Positions 1 through 9,891 of a stretch of DNA of 63,924 nucleotides are shown one piece after another (positions within the stretch are counted from its first letter, which is position 1; every line of letters starts with the position of its first letter). Location: positions 1 through 63,924 of the forward strand of contig JAIFKX010000075.1 of assembly GCA_020049335.1 (NCBI GenBank). Reading direction: 5' to 3'. The notes below the pieces were generated by a model. It was not told the DNA's origin and made no database searches. It worked only from the letters and a program-made list of their open reading frames with translations. The translations under genes and the position numbers were made by a program. This stretch comes from Paludibacter sp. GTDB taxonomy: Bacteria > Bacteroidota > Bacteroidia > Bacteroidales > Paludibacteraceae.

Positions 1-2579
1 GGTAATGTTTCCAACGAATTGAATTCTTCGAGTTTATGTTCGAGTGTAACAATGCGTTGCAATTTGTGTAGGAACCAACGGTCAATTTTGGTCAAATCGT
101 GAATTTTATCCACCGAATAACCACTGTGAAGTGCCTGTGCAACATAGAAAACACGTTTGTCGGTAGGTTTCGAAAGGGCAGTGTCCAAATCGTCGGCATA
201 CATGGCTTTGTTAGCCACAAATCCGTGCATTCCAAGTCCAATCATACGCAAACCTTTTTGGAATGCTTCTTCGAAATTTCGTCCGATGGACATGATTTCG
301 CCTACCGATTTCATACTTGAACCCAACTGACGACTTACACCCTGGAATTTACCTAAATCCCAACGAGGAATTTTACAAACTATATAATCGAGTGCAGGCT
401 CAAAAAATGCTGAAGTATCTTTGGTAACTGAGTTTTTCAATTCGGGCAATCCGTAGCCCAAGCCAAGTTTAGCAGCCACAAAAGCCAGTGGATAACCGGT
501 TGCTTTCGAAGCCAGAGCCGAAGAACGACTCAAACGAGCGTTTACTTCGATAACACGGTAATCTTCCGATTCAGTATCGAAGGCATATTGCACGTTACAT
601 TCGCCCACAATGCCAATGTGGCGAATAATGCGGATAGCGAGCTCACGTAATTTATGATATTCGGTGTTGGTCAATGTCTGCGAAGGAGCAACTACGATAC
701 TTTCGCCGGTGTGAATACCGAGTGGGTCGAAGTTTTCCATGTTACAAACTGTGATACAGTTATCGTAACGGTCGCGAACTACTTCATATTCAATTTCTTT
801 CCAACCTTTGAGCGATTTTTCAACTAAGACCTGATTTGAATAAGCAAAAGCTCTGTCAACCAATGTTTTCAGTTCTTCGTCGTTATCGCAGAAGCCTGAG
901 CCCAACCCACCTAATGCATAAGCAGCACGCACAATAACCGGATAACCCAGTTCGTTGGCAGCACGTATTGCATTTTCGAGGTCGTTAACTGCCTCACTTT
1001 TAATGTATTTTACATCAATTTCTGCTAATTTACTATTGAAAATTTCGCGGTCTTCGGTATCAATAATCGATTGTACAGGCGTTCCAAGAACACGTACATT
1101 GTATTTTTCAAAAATCTTGTCTCTGTAAAGTGCCACACCGCAGTTCAATGCAGTTTGTCCGCCAAACGAAAGGAAAACAGCATCAGGACGTTCTTTTTCA
1201 ATCACACGCTCCACAAAATCAGGCGTAACGGGCAGGAAGTACACTTTATCGGCAATACCTTCTGACGTTTGAACGGTTGCAATGTTTGGATTGATAAGTA
1301 TCGTTTGAATACCTTCTTCCTTCAAAGCTTTTAGTGCTTGAGAACCCGAATAATCGAACTCGCCAGCTTCACCAATTTTCAAAGCACCCGAACCAAGTAC
1401 CAATACTTTTTTGACATCGCCTTTTTCAACTCCTTTGTACTCTTGTTTTGTTACCAAACGGGCATCCATTTCTTCCTGAATCATTTCAGTTACAGGTTTG
1501 GTAAATTCGTCCAGTGTTTTTAGGAAAACATCAAACAAAAATTCAGTATCTGTTGGCCCAGAAGCAGCTTCTGGGTGGAACTGAGCTGAAAACCAAGGCA
1601 TTGTTTTGTGACGAATACCTTCGTTGGTTCCATCATTCATATTTACAAACAACGATTCCCAATCGGCACTCAATGTTGAATTGTCAACAGCAAAACCATG
1701 ATTTTGTGAAGTGATAAAAGCACGTTGCGTACCAACCAATTGTACAGGCTGGTTATGGCTACGGTGACCGTATTTCAGTTTGTACGTTTTAGCACCTCCG
1801 GCAACCGAAAGTAGCTGATTACCCATACAAATACCGAAAATTGGTTTTCCGGTTTTCATGGTTTCCTGAATATGGCGCACAGTATCTTGTGCATATTCAG
1901 GGTCACCCGGGCCATTGGAGATAAACAGTCCGTCGAATTCTATGTGGTTATAGTCGTAATCCCAAGGCACACGAATAACTGTTGTGTCACGTTTTAGCAA
2001 GCAGCGGATAATGTTGTGTTTTACGCCGCAATCCACCAAAAGAACTCGCTTTTTACCAGTTCCATAAGTTATAACTTCTTTGCAGCTCACTTTTGCCACC
2101 TGATTTTCATCATCGGGGTTGATAAATTCAATATCGTCGCCATCCGGAAAAACCAGTTTTCCTTTCATAGTTCCTTTTTCGCGCACCAACTTAGTGAGTT
2201 CACGGGTGTCGATACCAAAAATTCCGGGCACTTCATTTTCTTTCAACCAATCGCTGAGGCTTTTGCCGGCATTCCAGTGACTGTATTCAAAAGAAAAATC
2301 GGAAATAATCAATGCAGATGCTTGAATTTTTTCCGATTCGTAAAAAGTAGAAAGTCCGTTTTGGATGATGTCGTTTGGAACACCGTAATTACCAACTAAA
2401 GGAAAAGTAACGGCTAATAACTGTCCGGCGTAAGATGGGTCAGTTAAACTTTCGGGATACCCGACCATGGCCGTATTAAAAACTACTTCTCCGGCAACCG
2501 CTTTTTCATAACCAAAGGATTTCCCTTCGAAAACGGTACCATCCTCCAAAACTAACTGAAAGGGCTTGTACTTTTGCAT
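1..2579 (-). CDS. carAB: Fused carbamoyl-phosphate synthase small+large subunit (CarA-CarB single polypeptide), 3' end outside window
   Basis: Manual minus-strand translation from ATG at 2579: MQKYKPFQLVLEDGTVFEGKSFGY...GEVVFNTAMVGYPESLTDPSYAGQ (CarA N-term), GICMGNQL and FHPE (glutaminase triad), then in frame through TLDEFTKPVTEMIQEEMDARLVTKQEYKGVEKGD into KKVLVLGSGALKIGEAGEFDYSGSQA (CarB N-term). Absent from the ORF track, consistent with no stop before the window edge. Confidence 0.93.
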   Translation of the reverse strand, partial: MQKYKPFQLVLEDGTVFEGKSFGYEKAVAGEVVFNTAMVGYPESLTDPSYAGQLLAVTFPLVGNYGVPNDIIQNGLSTFYESEKIQASALIISDFSFEYSHWNAGKSLSDWLKENEVPGIFGIDTRELTKLVREKGTMKGKLVFPDGDDIEFINPDDENQVAKVSCKEVITYGTGKKRVLLVDCGVKHNIIRCLLKRDTTVIRVPWDYDYNHIEFDGLFISNGPGDPEYAQDTVRHIQETMKTGKPIFGICMGNQLLSVAGGAKTYKLKYGHRSHNQPVQLVGTQRAFITSQNHGFAVDNSTLSADWESLFVNMNDGTNEGIRHKTMPWFSAQFHPEAASGPTDTEFLFDVFLKTLDEFTKPVTEMIQEEMDARLVTKQEYKGVEKGDVKKVLVLGSGALKIGEAGEFDYSGSQALKALKEEGIQTILINPNIATVQTSEGIADKVYFLPVTPDFVERVIEKERPDAVFLSFGGQTALNCGVALYRDKIFEKYNVRVLGTPVQSIIDTEDREIFNSKLAEIDVKYIKSEAVNDLENAIRAANELGYPVIVRAAYALGGLGSGFCDNDEELKTLVDRAFAYSNQVLVEKSLKGWKEIEYEVVRDRYDNCITVCNMENFDPLGIHTGESIVVAPSQTLTNTEYHKLRELAIRIIRHIGIVGECNVQYAFDTESEDYRVIEVNARLSRSSALASKATGYPLAFVAAKLGLGYGLPELKNSVTKDTSAFFEPALDYIVCKIPRWDLGKFQGVSRQLGSSMKSVGEIMSIGRNFEEAFQKGLRMIGLGMHGFVANKAMYADDLDTALSKPTDKRVFYVAQALHSGYSVDKIHDLTKIDRWFLHKLQRIVTLEHKLEEFNSLETL

Positions 2580-2603
2580 AAATATTTATTGTCCAAATTT
2601 TGG

Positions 2604-2611
2604 CAAAAGTA
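2604..2611 (-). promoter_or_regulatory. Bacteroidetes sigma-A -7 element (TACTTTTG) for carAB
   Basis: CAAAAGTA on + = TActTTTG on -, matching consensus TAnnTTTG, 24 nt upstream of the ATG. Confidence 0.55.
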
Positions 2612-2864
2612 CTCATTTTATCGTTTATGTGCAAGTTCAATTTCTACTTTTTTTCTGCTTTTCAGCTTTTTTAAAAAGAGAGCTATTAAATTGAATATTA
2701 ACGGCATAAATATACAATTCTTATTGTGCTGTATACTCAAAACTCATTTTTAGTAATGTTTACTTACAATTCTTTGTATTGCAACATTGTAAGTAAGAAT
2801 GCAATATTTTGTTAAATAAAAACCTTAGCACACAGCCATTTTCTTAATTTTGAAAGATAATCAT

Positions 2865-2872
2865 TACTTTTG
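2865..2872 (+). promoter_or_regulatory. Bacteroidetes -7 element (TACTTTTG) for the DUF6089-uppS-bamA operon
   Basis: TAnnTTTG match about 80 nt upstream of the 2955 start. Confidence 0.45.
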
Positions 2873-2954
2873 TTCATTGTTTTTGAAAAGCAGATAAAAT
2901 TTAAACCATAAAAAACCGTTGTTATTCTAATTAATTTTTAGCTTAAAAAAAAAG

Positions 2955-3623
2955 ATGACTTTTAAAATAATTAGAATTTCAATTGTAGCTTTTTCGGTAT
3001 TTTTTGTTGGAAGTATTGTTGCCCAAAACAAATTTCGTGCAGAAATAGGAATTTTGGGTGGTGGTTCGTTTTATTTGGGGGATGCCAACAATCAACTGTT
3101 TACCAATAATCAACCATCGTTTGGTTTAATTTATCGGCAAAAGTTCGACACCAGATTAGCAATAACTGGCACTTGGAACAAAACAAATGTATTGGGAACG
3201 GGCGCTGGTGTTACATTCGACAATCCGATAAATGCTATTGACCTGTGTGGGGAGTTTAATTTCTCAGACTACGACGATAAAATTTACAAACCAAACAGCA
3301 AAAAAAACAGCTTGTTTATTTTTGCTGGAATAGGTGGAATGTTTTTTCCTTATACCAATTTTTCGGGCACCAAAACAAATTTTATGTTTAGTTACCCAAT
3401 TGGAGTAGGATACAAATTTATGTTGGGCGAAAGGTTTCATTTGAACTTTATTTGGTCGCAGCGATTGTTGCTTACAGATAAAATGGAAGGTGCTTCTCAA
3501 CTGAACAACGCAAACAAATTAAATGGTTCCAACATTTTTAATAATGACGTTTTATCCACATTTTCAATTGGTTTAACGTATAATATTTGGAAAAAACAAT
3601 GTGATTGCTTACACAATAAATAA
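2955..3623 (+). CDS. Small outer-membrane beta-barrel protein (DUF6089/PorG-like)
   Basis: Signal peptide, EIGILGGGSFYLGD N-terminal motif, alternating beta-strand pattern, C-terminal FSIGLTYNIW..C.C; conserved position upstream of uppS-bamA in Bacteroidetes. Confidence 0.7.
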   Translation: MTFKIIRISIVAFSVFFVGSIVAQNKFRAEIGILGGGSFYLGDANNQLFTNNQPSFGLIYRQKFDTRLAITGTWNKTNVLGTGAGVTFDNPINAIDLCGEFNFSDYDDKIYKPNSKKNSLFIFAGIGGMFFPYTNFSGTKTNFMFSYPIGVGYKFMLGERFHLNFIWSQRLLLTDKMEGASQLNNANKLNGSNIFNNDVLSTFSIGLTYNIWKKQCDCLHNK

Positions 3624-3663
3624 CTAAGCTAAACAAAATTAGTAGGTACAACACGCTTCGAAT

Positions 3664-4395
3664 ATGTCCTCTTTTAAAGAAAAAATTGATAAAACTCGCT
3701 TGCCAAAACATATCGCCATCATCATGGATGGCAACGGTCGTTGGGCAAAGGAACGTGGATACGATCGGATTTTTGGGCATCAAAATGGCGTAGTTTCTGT
3801 ACGCGAAGTTACCGAAGCAGCTGCCGAAATTGGTATTGGATACCTCACTTTATACGCTTTTTCAACTGAAAACTGGGGACGTCCGCAGGCCGAGGTCGAT
3901 GCATTGATGGAACTATTGATTGATACCATCGAAAAGGAAACTCCCACACTTAACAAAAATAATGTACGACTTATGGCAATTGGCGATTTAAGTCGATTAC
4001 CCGTAAATGCAGGCATTAAACTGAAACGTTGCATCGAAGAGACTAGTGTCAATACAGGTTTGGCATTGGTACTTGCTTTGAGTTACTCTTCGCGCTGGGA
4101 AATTAAAAACGCTATTATTGAAATTGGAAAAGAAGTTTGTATGGGCAACTTAAAGCCCGACGAAATTACCGATGAATTGATTTCATCCTATTTAACAACA
4201 AAAGAAATTCCTGATCCCGATTTAATGATACGTACAAGTGGTGAAAGCCGTATAAGCAACTTTTTACTTTGGCAAATTGCCTACACCGAACTATATTTCA
4301 CACCCACTCACTGGCCCGATTTCCGCAAAGAAAACTTCTACGAAGCTATCTGCGATTTTCAATGCCGCGAACGCCGGTTTGGAAAAACAAATTAA
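3664..4395 (+). CDS. uppS: Undecaprenyl diphosphate synthase (cis-prenyltransferase)
   Basis: [53 protein letters not shown] motifs. Confidence 0.97.
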   Translation: MSSFKEKIDKTRLPKHIAIIMDGNGRWAKERGYDRIFGHQNGVVSVREVTEAAAEIGIGYLTLYAFSTENWGRPQAEVDALMELLIDTIEKETPTLNKNNVRLMAIGDLSRLPVNAGIKLKRCIEETSVNTGLALVLALSYSSRWEIKNAIIEIGKEVCMGNLKPDEITDELISSYLTTKEIPDPDLMIRTSGESRISNFLLWQIAYTELYFTPTHWPDFRKENFYEAICDFQCRERRFGKTN

Positions 4396-4434
4396 TCGAA
4401 CTAGTTAGCATTCGCCGAATTACAGCAAAAAAAT

Positions 4435-7086
4435 ATGCAGTTAAAAAAACTTCTTTCAGTCATTTTATTCTTTCTTGCAGGTCAATGGCTTATTGCCCAA
4501 AATGCAATAGTTGTCGACAGTGTTCCTGTAATTGAATACTCCAATGCAGCGCCAACTTACGAAATTGCAGCAATTAGTGTAACCGGGGCAGCCAATTACG
4601 AAGATTTTGTGCTTGTTGGTTTCTCTGGTCTTTCGGTAGGCGACAAAATTAAAGTGCCTGGCGATGCCGTTACAAGCGCTGTGAAGCGATTTTGGAAACA
4701 AGGATTATTTTCGGATGTAAAGATTTTTGCAAATAAAATTGAGGATGGTAAAATTTGGCTAAATATTGCGCTCAAAGAACGTCCACGTGTTTCGGAAATC
4801 AATTTTTCGGGTCTAAAAAAAGGAGAAATTGAAGACCTTGAAATCAAACTTGGTATTGTAAAGGGGAATCAAATTACACCTAACATTTCGGATAGAGCTG
4901 TTAAAGTAATAAAAAAACACATGGAAGAAAAGGGCTTTTTAAACGTAGAAGCCAAGGTGTTACAAAAAAATGACCCCAAAAAAGCGGGTCATGTTATTGT
5001 GGATATTCAAGTAGATAAAAAATTGAAGACACGCGTTCATCAAATTGTTGTTACAGGAAATAAAGCGCTCACTTTTAATCAGATAAACAAGGCGATGAAA
5101 AAAACCAACGACAAGAATTGGCGTAATTTTTTCAGAACCAAAAAGTTTGTAAAAGAAGAGTTCGAAAAAGATAAAATTGCCTTGATTGACAAATACAACG
5201 AAATTGGTTATCGCGACGCTTTTCTTGTTGCTGATAGTGTGGTTAAGTTCGACGATAAAAGTGTAAGCGTTTATTTGAGTGTTGATGAAGGAAAAAAATA
5301 CTTTTTTCGTAATATTAAATGGATTGGTAACACCATCTATCCGTTCGACTATTTAGACGCAGTGCTCGGAATAAAAAAAGGTGATGTGTATAATCAAAAA
5401 CATTTAACAGAGCGCATACAAACCGACGAAAACGATGCTGTAAGTAAATTGTATCAGGATAGAGGTTATCTTTTTTCACAAATCGAACCTGTTGAGGTGC
5501 TTATTGAAAATGATTCTATCGACTTCGAAATGCGCATTTACGAAGGAAAACCAGCTACCATCAACGAAATAAATATTAAAGGAAATACGCGTGTTTACGA
5601 ACATGTGGTTCGACGCGAACTACGTACCAAACCAGGGCAACTTTATAGTCAGTCGGACATTATGCGCTCGCTCCGTGAGTTGGCGCAAATGGGACATTTT
5701 GATCAGGAAAAAATTAAACCAGACATTGAACCTAATCAAGAAGATGGTACAGTAGATATTACTTATAATCTCGAAACAAAAGGGAGCGACCAAGTTGAAT
5801 TTTCGGCTGGTTGGGGGGCAACAGGTATTGTTGGAAGTGTTGGCTTGAAATTCAGCAACTTTGCTATTCAGAACTTGTTCCGTCCCGAAACCTATCGTAT
5901 TGTGCCACAGGGCGAAGGACAAACCTTTTCGATTAATGCTCGTACCAACGGGCAATCGTATACATCTGTAAGTCTGTCGTTTCTCGAACCTTGGTTGGGT
6001 GGTAAACGCCCTAATTCACTTTCAACATCGGTGTATTATTCGAGCCAAACAGCCATTGCCGACCGTTACCTTCAAAGTATGCAAAACTCGTATGGAAGCT
6101 ACTCACCTTATGGCTACGGCAGCAGTTATGGCAGTAGTTATGGCAGTAGCTATGGAAACAGCTACGGTGGTTACGATACTGGCTACGCACTCAATTACGA
6201 CCCCGAAAAGTACATGCGTACTTTAGGTGCAACTATAGGATATGGAAAACGCTTGAATTGGCCTGATGACTTTTTTACCTTTTATGGCGAATTGTCGTAC
6301 CAACGTTTTATGTTGAGCGATTGGTATCCACAAATGTTCCCCATGACCGAAGGACAATTCAACAACTTGAGTTTAAACTTAACATTAAGCCGAAACTCTA
6401 TCGACAATCCTATTTTTACACGAAGTGGCTCGTCATTCTCGCTTGGTTTAAAAGTAACACCTCCTTATTCCTCGCTTAATGGCGGAAAAATAAATGGCAA
6501 AGCATACTCCGATGCAACTATGAGCGAGCAAGATCGCTATCGTTGGATTGAATACCACAAATGGACTTTCTCTGGCAAAACATTTACGCCACTCGACCCA
6601 AGCAACAAATTAATTTTAATGAGTCGTATGATGTTTTCGTACGTAGGACATTTTAATGAAAATGCAAAATCGCCTTTCGAAACTTTCTATATGGGTGGCG
6701 ACGGTATGTCGGCTTACACAAGTTATGGTACCGATTATGTAGCTATGCGTGGTTACGAAAGCGGTTCGTTAACTCCTCGCAATCCATTAACGGGTTCGTA
6801 TGCGGGCTATTTATACAATAAATTTTCGGTGGAATTGCGTTATCCATTATCGTTAGAGCAATCTGCAACCATTTACGCACTTACGTTTCTTGAAGCAGGA
6901 AATTCGTTCAGCAAGCTAAAGGATTATAGTCCGTTTGATTTGAAACGCTCTGCCGGTATTGGCGTTCGTATTTTTCTACCAATGTTTGGGATGATGGGTA
7001 TCGACTGGGGCTACGGCTTCGATAAAGGCGTTGATGGCAATAAAGGCGGCAGTCAATTCCACTTTGTATTGGGACAAGAGCTGTAA
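4435..7086 (+). CDS. bamA: Outer membrane protein assembly factor BamA
   Basis: POTRA repeats (GNTRVYEHVVRREL), barrel motif AMRGYE, C-terminal GIDWGYG...QFHFVLGQEL; uppS-bamA-skp synteny. Confidence 0.96.
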   Translation: MQLKKLLSVILFFLAGQWLIAQNAIVVDSVPVIEYSNAAPTYEIAAISVTGAANYEDFVLVGFSGLSVGDKIKVPGDAVTSAVKRFWKQGLFSDVKIFANKIEDGKIWLNIALKERPRVSEINFSGLKKGEIEDLEIKLGIVKGNQITPNISDRAVKVIKKHMEEKGFLNVEAKVLQKNDPKKAGHVIVDIQVDKKLKTRVHQIVVTGNKALTFNQINKAMKKTNDKNWRNFFRTKKFVKEEFEKDKIALIDKYNEIGYRDAFLVADSVVKFDDKSVSVYLSVDEGKKYFFRNIKWIGNTIYPFDYLDAVLGIKKGDVYNQKHLTERIQTDENDAVSKLYQDRGYLFSQIEPVEVLIENDSIDFEMRIYEGKPATINEINIKGNTRVYEHVVRRELRTKPGQLYSQSDIMRSLRELAQMGHFDQEKIKPDIEPNQEDGTVDITYNLETKGSDQVEFSAGWGATGIVGSVGLKFSNFAIQNLFRPETYRIVPQGEGQTFSINARTNGQSYTSVSLSFLEPWLGGKRPNSLSTSVYYSSQTAIADRYLQSMQNSYGSYSPYGYGSSYGSSYGSSYGNSYGGYDTGYALNYDPEKYMRTLGATIGYGKRLNWPDDFFTFYGELSYQRFMLSDWYPQMFPMTEGQFNNLSLNLTLSRNSIDNPIFTRSGSSFSLGLKVTPPYSSLNGGKINGKAYSDATMSEQDRYRWIEYHKWTFSGKTFTPLDPSNKLILMSRMMFSYVGHFNENAKSPFETFYMGGDGMSAYTSYGTDYVAMRGYESGSLTPRNPLTGSYAGYLYNKFSVELRYPLSLEQSATIYALTFLEAGNSFSKLKDYSPFDLKRSAGIGVRIFLPMFGMMGIDWGYGFDKGVDGNKGGSQFHFVLGQEL

Positions 7087-7118
7087 GATAGTTTATAGTT
7101 TATAAACAAATATAATAC

Positions 7119-7291
7119 TGCCCCAAATCCGTCAGCTGACGGAGCTTAAAGAGTTGTATTCGAAGTGATTTAAATATAAATAAATGATTTGAATATAAGA
7201 GACGAAGCTAACTTTACATCCCCTTTAGGGGCTTGGGGCGGAAATATGGAAAATTAGCTTGACGGCTATGCCCCTTTAGGGGCTTGGGGCA
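7119..7291. repeat. Cluster of host REP-like repeats (CCCCTTTAGGGGCTTGGGGC x2; palindrome TCCGTCAGCTGACGGA)
   Basis: Two copies of cccctttaggggcttggggc at about 7220 and 7271; 16-bp perfect palindrome at 7128-7143; related copies at about 9289, 9970, 20679, 28824 and 29310. Confidence 0.8.
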
Positions 7292-7369
7292 GTAACTTTA
7301 AAATTTTGGCAAAGTATTTGTTTAAGGCTTGAAAATAGTTTTAAATTTAATCAATAAATTCGTTGTAAT

Positions 7370-7885
7370 ATGAAAAAAGTATTTTTAATAATAAGTTTTG
7401 TAGCGGGAATGTTTTTAACTTCATCCGCTCAAAAGTTTGCAATGGTTGATATGGAGTATATCATGAAAAACATTCCATCGTTCGAAACCGCTAACGAACA
7501 AATCAATCAGATTTCGAAAAAATGGCAATCGGAAGTTGAAATTCAATTGCAGGAAGTACAAAAAATGTACAAAAATTACCAAACAGAGTTGGTTTTTCTT
7601 TCGGATGACATGAAGGTAAAACGCGAAGAAGAAATTATCGCCAAAGAAAAAGAAGCTAACGAATTAAAGAAAAAGTATTTTGGAGCTGAGGGCGAATTAT
7701 TCAAAAAGCGTCAAAGTCTTATGAAACCAATTCAGGACGAAGTATACACTGCCATACAAGAAATTAGTAAGGAAAAAGATTATGCCATGGTTTTCGATAA
7801 AGGCTCTTCGATGAATATCATTTTCACTTCTCCCAAATTAGATGTCAGCGATTTAGTGCTTCAAAAATTAGGTTATTCAAAATAA
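7370..7885 (+). CDS. skp: OmpH/Skp periplasmic chaperone
   Basis: Signal peptide, AQKFAMVDMEYI, coiled-coil, KPIQDEV...YAMVFDK; follows bamA. Confidence 0.92.
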   Translation: MKKVFLIISFVAGMFLTSSAQKFAMVDMEYIMKNIPSFETANEQINQISKKWQSEVEIQLQEVQKMYKNYQTELVFLSDDMKVKREEEIIAKEKEANELKKKYFGAEGELFKKRQSLMKPIQDEVYTAIQEISKEKDYAMVFDKGSSMNIIFTSPKLDVSDLVLQKLGYSK

Positions 7886-7941
7886 TTCTCTAACTTTGTA
7901 ATAGAAAAATTACGAAATAAATTTAAATTCAATTCATAAAC

Positions 7942-8448
7942 ATGTTTAAAAAAATTGCTTTAGTTGTGCTATGTGCACTACCCGTAGGTCTTTTTGCACA
8001 GGATGCAAAATTTGGACACATTAATTCGCAGGAAATTATTACACTAATGCCCGAAGTTGCTACCATCGAAAAAACAATGGATGAAGTTGGCAAACAGTAC
8101 GAAGGTGAAATAATGAAAATGCAAGAAGAATACAATGTGAAGGTAAAAGAGTTTCAGGCTAAACAAGACAGTATGCCCGACGGAATTAAAAAAGTGCGCG
8201 TGAGCGAAATTCAAGAGATTGAAACGCGTGTAAACACTTTCCGCCAAACTGCTTACCAAGAAATTCAGAAAAAACAACAGGATTTATTTATTCCTATTCG
8301 CGACAAAGTAACAAAAGCTATCAACGAAGTTGCTGCTGAGGGCAAATTTACCTATATCCTCGATTTAGGTTCGCAAGCTATTATTTACAAATCGCCTACT
8401 TCGAACGACATCACAGCTGCCGTAAAAAAGAAACTTGCATTGAAATAA
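7942..8448 (+). CDS. skp: OmpH/Skp periplasmic chaperone (second paralog)
   Basis: KFGHINSQEI...FTYILD...DITAAVKKKL; own -7 element TAACTTTG at 7891-7898. Confidence 0.92.
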   Translation: MFKKIALVVLCALPVGLFAQDAKFGHINSQEIITLMPEVATIEKTMDEVGKQYEGEIMKMQEEYNVKVKEFQAKQDSMPDGIKKVRVSEIQEIETRVNTFRQTAYQEIQKKQQDLFIPIRDKVTKAINEVAAEGKFTYILDLGSQAIIYKSPTSNDITAAVKKKLALK

Positions 8449-8471
8449 TTTGATAATATTACAATATTTTG

Positions 8472-8512
8472 GAGCCGTATTCTGAATTCAGAATGCGGCT
8501 CTTTTCTTTTTT
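8472..8512 (+). terminator. Rho-independent terminator after skp
   Basis: Hairpin GAGCCGTATTCTG-AATT-CAGAATGCGGCTC followed by TTTTCTTTTTT. Confidence 0.85.
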
Positions 8513-8539
8513 CGAATCTTTTTTTGTATTTTTGTACTA

Positions 8540-9562
8540 ATGAAATCTCCAAACCACATAACTTTACCTGCCGAATGGGCTGAACAAGAATTTGTTCAAC
8601 TTACATGGCCTCATGCCCAAACCGATTGGGCAGATATGCTCGACGAAGTAACTGAATGCTTTGTAAACATTGCAAAAGCAATAATAAAATACGAACATTT
8701 ATTAATTGTTTGTGTTGATAGTGAAGCTATTGAGCCTTTTTTTGATGAAATGGAATTATCAAAAATTTCGTTTATCGAAATGCCAACCAACGATACTTGG
8801 GCGCGCGATCATGGCGGAATAACCATATTCGAGAATGGAAAACGCACGATTTGCGATTTTACATTCAACGGTTGGGGAATGAAGTTTGCTGCAAATTACG
8901 ATAATCTGATTACAAAAAAGCTATTTGATACAAGCATTTTTGGCGAAAACACGGACTATAAAAATCAGTTGAACTTTGTGCTCGAAGGTGGAAGCATCGA
9001 ATCGGATGGAGAAGGAACAATTCTGACAACCGCTGAATGTTTATTGTCCGACAATCGGAATAATTTATCAAAAAAATTGATAGAAAAGCAATTGAAAGAA
9101 TATTTTGGTGCACAAAAAATCCTGTGGTTACATTATGGCTATTTAGCAGGCGACGACACTGACAGTCATGTAGATACATTGGCACGACTTTGCCCAAACA
9201 ACACCATTGTTTACCTAAAGTGCGATGACGAATCAGATGAACATTTTGATGCTTTAAAAAAAATGGAAGAGGAGCTGCAATCATACTCCCCTTTAGGGGT
9301 TGGTGGTTCTTACAATCTTATTCCATTGCCAATGGCCGATGCAGTATATTTTGAAAACGAAAGATTACCAGCAACTTATGCTAATTTTCTGATACTAAAT
9401 AATGCTGTTTTGCTTCCAACATACAATTCGCCCAAAGACAAAATCGCTGCGGAGCAATTGCAAAAAGCATTTCCCAACCGCGAAATAATTGGCATTGATT
9501 GCACCGCTCTAATCAAGCAACATGGTTCGCTTCATTGCGTAACGATGCAGTATCCCGTTTAG
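8540..9562 (+). CDS. aguA: Agmatine deiminase (PAD_porph family)
   Basis: LPAEW, DTWARDHG, FNGWG, LEGGSIESDGEG, DDTDSHVD, LPATYANF, HGSLHCVTMQ. Confidence 0.93.
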   Translation: MKSPNHITLPAEWAEQEFVQLTWPHAQTDWADMLDEVTECFVNIAKAIIKYEHLLIVCVDSEAIEPFFDEMELSKISFIEMPTNDTWARDHGGITIFENGKRTICDFTFNGWGMKFAANYDNLITKKLFDTSIFGENTDYKNQLNFVLEGGSIESDGEGTILTTAECLLSDNRNNLSKKLIEKQLKEYFGAQKILWLHYGYLAGDDTDSHVDTLARLCPNNTIVYLKCDDESDEHFDALKKMEEELQSYSPLGVGGSYNLIPLPMADAVYFENERLPATYANFLILNNAVLLPTYNSPKDKIAAEQLQKAFPNREIIGIDCTALIKQHGSLHCVTMQYPV

Positions 9563-9618
9563 ATTAAAAAACAAAGAGTAAAGACAAAAGACAATAAATT
9601 TTTTAATAACTCAAAAAG

Positions 9619-9891
9619 ATGATACCAAGAAAAAGACAAATAATTCAGGATTTTAATTCGATGTTACGTATTAAATTGTCTGATAATCTGAAAGATTTAA
9701 TTCTTTTTGGATCACAGGCAAGTGACTCAGCTAATGCTGAATCAGATTATGATTTTCTTGTTGTTCTCAAAAACAAAGCCGACTGGAAAACGGAACGAGA
9801 AATTTCGGATGTAAGTTACGAAATTGATTTGAAATATAATATTCTTACTGACACACACGTGCTAGCAGAGACTAATGATATTTTTCTCTGA
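9619..9891 (+). CDS. Minimal nucleotidyltransferase (MNT/PolB-fold) protein, possibly 3'-truncated; no HEPN partner in window
   Basis: LILFGSQA...SDYDFLVVL (GS-x10-DxD motif); only 90 aa with an abrupt C-terminus. Confidence 0.7.
   Translation: MIPRKRQIIQDFNSMLRIKLSDNLKDLILFGSQASDSANAESDYDFLVVLKNKADWKTEREISDVSYEIDLKYNILTDTHVLAETNDIFL

Noticed and set aside
99-2399. Plus-strand ORFs 99-320, 1071-1265, 1338-1523, 1514-1714, 2016-2399
   Set aside because: Antisense shadows of the carAB fusion
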